Shown piece by piece: positions 57,561-64,000 of a stretch of 64,000 bases of DNA. The position numbers and the translations under genes were made by a program. Location of the stretch: positions 32,001 to 96,000 of the forward strand of contig CAVTWJ010000019.1 of NCBI GenBank assembly GCA_963738405.1, in the 5' to 3' direction. Within the stretch, counting starts at the first letter, position 1, and every line of letters starts with the position of its first letter. The DNA is from a candidate division FCPU426 bacterium (lineage in GTDB: Bacteria > Oederibacteriota > Muellerivitia > Muellerivitales > Muellerivitaceae). Below the pieces are notes generated by a model, which made no database searches, was not told the DNA's origin, and saw nothing but the letters and a program-made list of their open reading frames with translations.

Positions 57561-58436
57561 TTAGTTTTTAACGGTACGCGTGATGACTTGTTGCAGGGCT
57601 TCCGCCGCAGGCGATAGGGGCGCCTTTTTTCGCCAGGCAAGGGAAAGGGTCCGCAAGGCCTTCAGGGAAGAAATGCGGGCGTAAGACACCGCCGAAAACT
57701 TGGCTACCATTTGGGGCACCAGGCTGATGCCTAACCCCGCGGCTACCAATGCCTGTACCGTCTCAATGCCGCCGCTCTCGAAGACCACCTTGGGTTCGAG
57801 CCCTGCCTTGCGGTATAGATCAAGGGTGATCTGGCGGAAACCATGGCCCGTCTTCATTAGGATGAAGGATTCATCTGCCGTTTGTTTGAGATGGAGGGAG
57901 CCCTTCCCCGCCAAGCGGTGTTTGGCGGGCAGGGCCAGAAGCAGTTCTTCGGTCAGGATCGTCTGGTGATCCAATCCAGGGCGCAATCCCGCCTCGTCCA
58001 TGATGGCCAGTTCCACTTCGCCCTGCTCCAGGGCCAGCGCAAGGTTGGGCGAGGATTCTTCTTTCAAGTGGACCTGGATCTTCGGGTAGGCCTTCCGGAA
58101 AGCCGTGAGGATGGGCGGAAGCAGGTGGGCCCCGGTGGTGGGCATACAGCCTAAGCTGACCTTGCCCATGGAAAGACCTGAAAGGGCCTTGGCGTCTTCC
58201 CGGGCCGATTCCATCTGTTCGAGGATCATTTTGGCGCGGGGAAGAAAAATTTCACCCCTCGCGGTTAGCTTTCCCCCCTTTCGGGTGCGCTCAAAAAGCG
58301 GCCCGCCCAGTTCCTCCTCCAGTTTGGCGATTTGGATGCTCAAGGAGGGTTGGGACACGTTGCAGGTTTGGGCCGCGGTGGTGAACCGCCCGGTTTGGGC
58401 TATGGCGAGGAAATAGCGGAGCTGGTGTGTTTCCAT
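57561..58436 (-). CDS. LysR family transcriptional regulator
   Basis: QLRYFLAIA...FTTAA...VSQPSLS.QI.KLEEELG..LFER. Confidence 0.96.
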   Translation of the reverse strand: METHQLRYFLAIAQTGRFTTAAQTCNVSQPSLSIQIAKLEEELGGPLFERTRKGGKLTARGEIFLPRAKMILEQMESAREDAKALSGLSMGKVSLGCMPTTGAHLLPPILTAFRKAYPKIQVHLKEESSPNLALALEQGEVELAIMDEAGLRPGLDHQTILTEELLLALPAKHRLAGKGSLHLKQTADESFILMKTGHGFRQITLDLYRKAGLEPKVVFESGGIETVQALVAAGLGISLVPQMVAKFSAVSYARISSLKALRTLSLAWRKKAPLSPAAEALQQVITRTVKN

Positions 58437-58480
58437 AGTTAATAACTATATATATCATAGTAACTATATCTTTTACTAAT
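58435..58480. promoter_or_regulatory. Putative LysR-binding sites in the divergent lysR/leuC promoter
   Basis: ATAGTTAATAACTAT dyad (T-N11-A), followed by ATAGTAACTAT in an AT-rich spacer. Confidence 0.6.
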
Positions 58481-58528
58481 AACTCTTCAGGGCGTACTGT
58501 GAAGCCATTCCAATTGAAGAGGTTTCCA

Positions 58529-59935
58529 ATGGCACAAGGCACTCTCTACAACAAGGTCTGGGATTCCCATGTGGTGGATCAGCTCCCCACGGGCCAGAAC
58601 CAGCTTTTCATCGGCTTGCACCTGATCCACGAGGTCACCAGCCCACAGGCTTTCGACATGATCGCGGAAAAGGGTTTGAAGGTGGCCTATCCCGGCCGCA
58701 CCTTCGCGACGGTCGATCACATCGTTCCCACCCAAAGCCAGGCACGTCCCTTCGCCGATCCCGAAGCGGAGCTGATGATGGGCGCCATTGAAAAGAACGT
58801 CAAAAACTTCGGCGTCCCCTTCTTCGACTTCAAGTCGGGAAACCAGGGCATCGTGCACATTGTGGGCCCCGAGCAGGGCCTGACCCAGCCCGGCATGACG
58901 ATCGCCTGCGGGGATTCCCACACCTCCACCCACGGGGCCTTCGGCACCCTGGCCTTCGGCATCGGCACTTCCCAAGTTAGGGACGTCTTGGCCACGCAGT
59001 GTTTGGCCATGGACGCCTTGAAGGTTCGCCGGATCAACGTGAACGGCAAATTGAAACCGGGAATTACCGCCAAGGACGTAACCCTCTATGTCATTCAGAA
59101 GCTGGGGGTGAAGGGCGGTATCGGCTACGCCTACGAGTACGGCGGGAGCGTGTTTGACGCCATGACTATGGAAGAGCGCATGACCGTCTGCAATATGGCC
59201 ATCGAAGGCGGGGCCCGGGTGGGCTATGTGAACCCGGACCAAACCACTTTTGATTACCTGAAAGGCCGGCCCCACGCGCCTTCCGGAGACAAGTGGGAAA
59301 AGGCCCTAACCTATTGGAAATCGGTGGCTTCGGACAAAAACGCGCTGTACGACGATGTCGTGAATTTTGACGCCGCCGACATCGAACCCATCGTCACCTG
59401 GGGCATCACTCCCGACCAGTCGGTCGGCGTGAACGACAAACTGCCCGAAGTCGCAACCTTTTCTGCCGACGAGGCCAAAACCGTAGAGTTGGCTTATAAG
59501 CACATGGACCTGAAGCCGGGATCGCCCATCAAGGGCACGCCTATTGACGTGGCCTTTATCGGAAGCTGCACTAACGGGCGCATCTCTGACCTGCGTGAAG
59601 CGGCCAAGGTCGCCAAGGGTCGTCATGTGGCCAAAACGGTTCGGGCCTTCGTGGTGCCAGGATCGCAAAAGGTGAAGCTGGAGGCGGAAAAGGAAGGCCT
59701 TCACAAAATTTTCACCGAGGCCGGTTTTGAGTGGCGGGAGGCGGGGTGCTCCATGTGCCTTGCCATGAACCCAGACAAGCTTAGGGGCAAGGAAATTTCC
59801 GCCTCTTCCTCTAACCGCAATTTCATCGGGCGGCAGGGAAGCAAAGACGGGCGGACCATGCTGATGAGCCCCGCTATGGTGGCGGCCGCGGCCATCGCGG
59901 GAAAAGTAACCGACGTTCGGGAGGTGCTGAAATGA
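58529..59935 (+). CDS. leuC: 3-isopropylmalate dehydratase large subunit
   Basis: [35 protein letters not shown]. Confidence 0.96.
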   Translation: MAQGTLYNKVWDSHVVDQLPTGQNQLFIGLHLIHEVTSPQAFDMIAEKGLKVAYPGRTFATVDHIVPTQSQARPFADPEAELMMGAIEKNVKNFGVPFFDFKSGNQGIVHIVGPEQGLTQPGMTIACGDSHTSTHGAFGTLAFGIGTSQVRDVLATQCLAMDALKVRRINVNGKLKPGITAKDVTLYVIQKLGVKGGIGYAYEYGGSVFDAMTMEERMTVCNMAIEGGARVGYVNPDQTTFDYLKGRPHAPSGDKWEKALTYWKSVASDKNALYDDVVNFDAADIEPIVTWGITPDQSVGVNDKLPEVATFSADEAKTVELAYKHMDLKPGSPIKGTPIDVAFIGSCTNGRISDLREAAKVAKGRHVAKTVRAFVVPGSQKVKLEAEKEGLHKIFTEAGFEWREAGCSMCLAMNPDKLRGKEISASSSNRNFIGRQGSKDGRTMLMSPAMVAAAAIAGKVTDVREVLK

Positions 59936-60534
59936 GCAAGATCACTCAAATCGAAGGAAAAGCCATACCCATCGAGGGGAACGACATCGACACGGACCGC
60001 ATCATACCGGCCCGTTATTTGAAGGAGATTACCTTCACCAACATGGGCCAATACCCTTTCTATGACGAGCGTTTCGACGCCGAAGGGAAACCTAAGGGAC
60101 ATCCCTTCGACCTGCCCCAGTTCCAGGGCGCTAATATCCTTATCGTAAACCAGAATTTCGGATGCGGCTCCTCGCGCGAGCACGCGCCCCAGGCGCTCAT
60201 GCGTTGGGGTATCCGGGCTATCATCGGGGAATCCTTCGCCGAGATCTTCGCGGGCAACTGCACCATGCTGGGCATCCCCACCGCGACGGTCAATCATGGG
60301 GAGATGATGAAACTCCAGACCCTGGTCAAAGAAAAGCCACAGATGAAATTCATGCTCGACCTGGAAAAGAAAACCTTGTTAGCCGAGGAAAAGGAATATC
60401 TGCAATTCGACATCCATGAATCCAAGCGCAACGCCTTGGTCAACGGGACCTGGGATTCCACGGGACTGCTTCTGGCCAATGCGGATAAAACCGCCGGGGT
60501 GGCCCAAAAGCTTCCCTACGTCTCGGGGTTCTAA
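59932..60534 (+). CDS. leuD: 3-isopropylmalate dehydratase small subunit
   Basis: [28 protein letters not shown]. Confidence 0.96.
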   Translation: MSKITQIEGKAIPIEGNDIDTDRIIPARYLKEITFTNMGQYPFYDERFDAEGKPKGHPFDLPQFQGANILIVNQNFGCGSSREHAPQALMRWGIRAIIGESFAEIFAGNCTMLGIPTATVNHGEMMKLQTLVKEKPQMKFMLDLEKKTLLAEEKEYLQFDIHESKRNALVNGTWDSTGLLLANADKTAGVAQKLPYVSGF

Positions 60535-60554
60535 GCCCCCTACAGGAGGGGAAG

Positions 60555-61124
60555 ATGAACACCTTTACTCAAACTTGCCTGGTTCTTGACGCGGTCTTCA
60601 GCGCCTATTGGCTGTGGGCCGCGAGACGGGTGAAAAAAGCGGCCCAGCGCCAATCCCATGGGAGCCGGGCCCTCCATATCACCCTTTTTGTGGCTTCCTA
60701 CCTTTTGGCCTTCTTTCCTTTTCCAAGCTGGGGCTTCCTGGATTTGCGACTGGTTCCTCCTTCCACCTTCTGGGGTCTTTTGGGAGTGGCGATTTGCGCG
60801 GCAGGGCTGACCTTTGGCTTCTGGGCCCGCGTCACCCTGGGGAAAAACTGGAGCGGAGCCGTGACCATCAAGGAAGGCCATGAGTTAATTCAAAGGGGAC
60901 CCTACCGCCTCGCGCGCCACCCCATGTACACCGGAATCCTCACCTCCCTTCTGGGCGCGGCCCTTACCACGGGGAAGGCCGGAAACTTTTTTGGCCCGGT
61001 CCTTTTATTGTTCGCCTTCACTCGAAAAATGGCGATGGAAGAATCCTACCTGACCCGGCATTTCGGAAACCGATATCTAGATTATTCCAAAAGAGTTAAA
61101 AGACTGATTCCATATATTTATTGA
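60555..61124 (+). CDS. Isoprenylcysteine carboxylmethyltransferase family membrane protein
   Basis: LGKNWS, GPYRLARHPMYTG, EE..L..HFG..Y..Y; RBS AGGAGG. Confidence 0.92.
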   Translation: MNTFTQTCLVLDAVFSAYWLWAARRVKKAAQRQSHGSRALHITLFVASYLLAFFPFPSWGFLDLRLVPPSTFWGLLGVAICAAGLTFGFWARVTLGKNWSGAVTIKEGHELIQRGPYRLARHPMYTGILTSLLGAALTTGKAGNFFGPVLLLFAFTRKMAMEESYLTRHFGNRYLDYSKRVKRLIPYIY

Positions 61125-61204
61125 TTTCGATCCCTCCTCTCCAATCCCTCGGATGAGTTAGGTATAATAAAGTTCAAGTTTTTATTCAAACCCAGGATTC
61201 TTTC

Positions 61205-61489
61205 GTGGAAAAAGATCTCAAGATCATCAATCAATTGACGGCGGTCATCCAGGCCAATGTCGATGAGCACTTCGGCTTTCAGCGCCCCAACAACCGAAGC
61301 CTGGAAAGGGTCCGGCAATACGCCCAGGAAATGCTGGATCTCTATGTGAAGGAATTGATGAAGGAATCGGAAGAGCTCCAAAAGCAGTGGATCTTGGGGC
61401 ATCCTTTCCTCGTTCTTTGCCGGGTCAGCGGGGAAACACGCACCTACCAGATCCGCCTCACGACCAAGGACAATCCGAAAGGCTTGTAA
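61205..61489 (+). CDS. Hypothetical protein
   Basis: 94-aa ORF filling the gap between genes, with protein-like composition; GTG start, no clear RBS. Confidence 0.55.
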   Translation: MEKDLKIINQLTAVIQANVDEHFGFQRPNNRSLERVRQYAQEMLDLYVKELMKESEELQKQWILGHPFLVLCRVSGETRTYQIRLTTKDNPKGL

Positions 61490-61634
61490 ACCTTCCACGT
61501 TTCCCCCCTGTAAATTCACGCTTTTTCCCGTTTTTTAAACCCTCCCGTCCCCCTCAAAAATAACCTTACCCCGAAGGACCGGGCTTATACTTCTTTTGTC
61601 TTTTAGGAATTCGATCCATTTTGAGGAGGGTTCT

Positions 61635-62336
61635 ATGGCGGCTTCTTCCAATATCAAGTTAAAGGTGATGTTTTCAGGGGAATTCCCGGTGGTTCACGCC
61701 GATCTGGAGCAGGGCCATACGGTTTACGCCGAGTCGGGCTCACTGGTTTCCATGAGCCCCAATATCGACATCCGCGGCCAGATGCGGGGCGGGCTGGGGC
61801 AGTCTTTCCTGCGCAAACTTCTTACCGGCGAGACCTTCTTTTTTGAGAAGCTCACCGCCGAGAACGGACCGGGAGAGGTCATCCTTGCCCCCGCCCCTCC
61901 GGGTGAGGTGGAGCTGGTGGAAATGGACGGAAGCGTCGACTACATGGTGCAAAAGGGCGGCTTCCTGGCCGCCACCGAGGACGTGAAGCTTTCTCCCAAG
62001 ATGCAGAATCTTTCCCAGGGGTTGTTTTCGGGCGCCGGTTTCTTTGTCGCCCGCATCTCCGGCAAGGGCACCATGGTTTTGACTTCCTACGGCATGATCC
62101 GCAAGCACGAACTGGCCGCTCAGGAAGAATACGTGGTCAGCAATCACCACCTGGTGGCTTGGACCGCCTCCACCGCCTACAAGACCCGGCTGGCTTCCAA
62201 GGGTTTAATTACCTCTTTCACCTCGGGCCAGGGTTTTGTTTGCCTCTTCAAAGGCCCTGGAACCGTTTATACCCAAAGCCGCAGCCCCCAGGCCTTGGCG
62301 ACTTGGCTGAGGCGATACATGCCCCGCCGGGCCTAA
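61635..62336 (+). CDS. TIGR00266/AIM24 family protein
   Basis: AESGSLVSM, GETFF, FLAA, GFFV..ISGKG, HLVAW, GPG.VY.QSR; RBS GAGGAGG. Confidence 0.92.
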   Translation: MAASSNIKLKVMFSGEFPVVHADLEQGHTVYAESGSLVSMSPNIDIRGQMRGGLGQSFLRKLLTGETFFFEKLTAENGPGEVILAPAPPGEVELVEMDGSVDYMVQKGGFLAATEDVKLSPKMQNLSQGLFSGAGFFVARISGKGTMVLTSYGMIRKHELAAQEEYVVSNHHLVAWTASTAYKTRLASKGLITSFTSGQGFVCLFKGPGTVYTQSRSPQALATWLRRYMPRRA

Positions 62337-62338
62337 CC

Positions 62339-63463
62339 ATGCTGGAATATCCGGCCACGGCCTTTACACCGGATGGAAGCAGCGGGCCTAAAGCCTGCCG
62401 CCTCAAGCTGGGGACAAGGGTCTTGCAGATCCTTCAGGACGACAAACCCGCAGTGGAATGGGAATACCGTTCCTTGGAGTTCGACCACGCGGGTGAGCAT
62501 GGAGAAATGCTTCTCATCACCCCCGGCAAGGCCGCCAAAAACATCGGCAGCGTTACCATAAGCGATACCGAGTTCCGGATGGCCCTTTCGGTTCGTGTCC
62601 CCGCCGAAAAAAGCGATTACCTGCTTCATTTCGGCGACCGGTTCCAAAAAAACGTGAAGCGCAAATGGCGCAACCTCATTTTGGCCGGGACCGTGACCGC
62701 CCTTTTCTGCTGGGGCGTTTACTGGGGAGTGACCACCGGGGCCACCGCCTGGGTCCTAAAGCATTTTTCAGTGAAAAAGGAAGTGGAATGGTCCGCCAAA
62801 CTGCCTCCCGCCTGGGGGGATTTGGGAACTCCCCTGCCGGACACCGACCCCGCGGCAAAAGCCGTACAAGCCATTTTGGACCGCTTGAAAGCGGCCATCC
62901 CCGACAACCCGGGTTATCCCTTCAAGCTTTACGTCATTAAGAATAAAGAAATGAACGCCATGGCCCTGCCCGGGGGCACGGTGGTGGTCTTGACAGGACT
63001 TCTCGCCCAGGCCGACTCACCCGAGGAAGTAGCCGGGGTCTTGGGCCATGAGATGACCCACGTCTTGAAGCGCCATGTGATCCGCCAGGTTATTCATAAC
63101 CTGGGTTGGCGGCTTTGGGTGGGGCTCTTTTTGGGGGATGGTGATTTCAGCAAGGCCGCCGAGGGTTTGGGCCATCTGGGGGAACTATCTTTTAGCCGAA
63201 GCCAGGAGGAAGAGGCCGATATGGGCGCGGCGCAGATTCTTGCCAGGGCCAACCTGCCCATTGAGCCCTTTATCGGATTCTTTAAAAAGATGCAAAATCA
63301 GGCCGTCACTGCCGACTCGCCTTTTAAAAACTTTATATCAGACCACCCTTCCAACGCCGAGCGCATGGAAAAGCTGGAGGCTCTGGCTGGCAACTCTTCT
63401 TCGGGGAAAGTGGAACCCATTACGGGAATCGACTGGGCGGTGGTGAAGGCGGAAGTGAAATAA
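62339..63463 (+). CDS. M48 family metallopeptidase
   Basis: NAMALPGG, VLGHEMTH, FSRSQEEEAD, DHP...R. Confidence 0.92.
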   Translation: MLEYPATAFTPDGSSGPKACRLKLGTRVLQILQDDKPAVEWEYRSLEFDHAGEHGEMLLITPGKAAKNIGSVTISDTEFRMALSVRVPAEKSDYLLHFGDRFQKNVKRKWRNLILAGTVTALFCWGVYWGVTTGATAWVLKHFSVKKEVEWSAKLPPAWGDLGTPLPDTDPAAKAVQAILDRLKAAIPDNPGYPFKLYVIKNKEMNAMALPGGTVVVLTGLLAQADSPEEVAGVLGHEMTHVLKRHVIRQVIHNLGWRLWVGLFLGDGDFSKAAEGLGHLGELSFSRSQEEEADMGAAQILARANLPIEPFIGFFKKMQNQAVTADSPFKNFISDHPSNAERMEKLEALAGNSSSGKVEPITGIDWAVVKAEVK

Positions 63464-63466
63464 AAG

Positions 63467-63949
63467 CTATTCTTGTTTGTCGATCAGGCCCTGGATAATT
63501 TCCCATTCCTTGGGCGTGACGGGCTGAACCGAGAGCCTGGAATATTTAAATAGGGCCATGTTCTTCAAGCCCGGGACCTTCTTTAAGAAATCCAACGGGA
63601 TCACCCGCTTGCAGGCCTTTACGAACTTCACATCCACCATGTACCAGCTGGGTTTTTGGGGATCGCTCTTCTCGTCAAAATGAATGTCCTTGGGGTCAAA
63701 GGCTGTGTGGTCGGGGTAGCCTTCTTTTACGATTTCCCCAACGCCCGCGATGCCCGAAGGTTTTCCACCGGAATAATAAAAGAACATCTGGTCGCCCTTT
63801 TTCATCTTGTCCCGCATGAAATTGCGGGCGGTGTAGTTGCGAACCCCGTCCCAAAAAGTAACTTTATCTTTCTTCCATTGCTCAACCGGGTAAACATCGG
63901 GCTCGGCCTTCATCAGCCAATGCCTGTATTCCTTGTCCCATACGCCCAT
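63467..63949 (-). CDS. EVE domain protein
   Basis: WLMKAEP, WDGVRNYTARN, RLSVQPV...W. Confidence 0.93.
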   Translation of the reverse strand: MGVWDKEYRHWLMKAEPDVYPVEQWKKDKVTFWDGVRNYTARNFMRDKMKKGDQMFFYYSGGKPSGIAGVGEIVKEGYPDHTAFDPKDIHFDEKSDPQKPSWYMVDVKFVKACKRVIPLDFLKKVPGLKNMALFKYSRLSVQPVTPKEWEIIQGLIDKQE

Positions 63950-64000
63950 TTTTTCCGCCTTGGGGAGCCCTCAGGCCCGATTTATGTTTCTGTTTTCTCC

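Overview
A 64-kb, gene-dense, moderately GC-rich bacterial chromosomal segment with no CRISPR array, rRNA, prophage or intact transposase. The Thr/Pro-repeat secreted proteins, FlgD-Ig/T9SS-like C-terminal domain and PorV-family gene suggest an uncultured diderm lineage; the taxonomy cannot be fixed from this window. (1) 1-15.4 kb: a minus-strand surface-structure cluster behind a sigma54-type promoter. It encodes a PilX-like protein, a secreted Thr/Pro-rich protein, a 1219-aa giant prepilin-like protein, a PilW-like prepilin, a frameshift-split ~2160-aa FN3 protein with a T9SS-like CTD, and a PorV/PorQ-family gene carrying a short-repeat palindromic element. (2) 17.7-21.2 kb: a divergent DNA-damage cassette (hypothetical-radC <- -> lexA, HUH-transposase-like protein lacking catalytic residues, SplB-like radical SAM). 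Its intergenic region holds a tandem palindrome, GWATAC-N4-GTATWC, a candidate non-canonical SOS box. (3) Housekeeping and accessory genes: xth, fabI, NYN, NUDIX, AKR, AI-2E, rhodanese/DoxX, TPR, a large GH5-like glycoside hydrolase, a GT39-like transferase, a DUF2231-cytochrome P460 fusion, a PAS kinase, a divergent cheA-cheW-MCP set, mscL, trmL, mprF, two tandem pdxH, LysR-leuCD, AIM24-M48 and EVE. (4) tRNA-Ser(CGA) surrounded on both sides by fragments of its own sequence interleaved with hairpins. All three frameshifts seen fall in homopolymer runs and may be sequencing errors. Protein assignments come from motif recognition by eye; no database searches were run.
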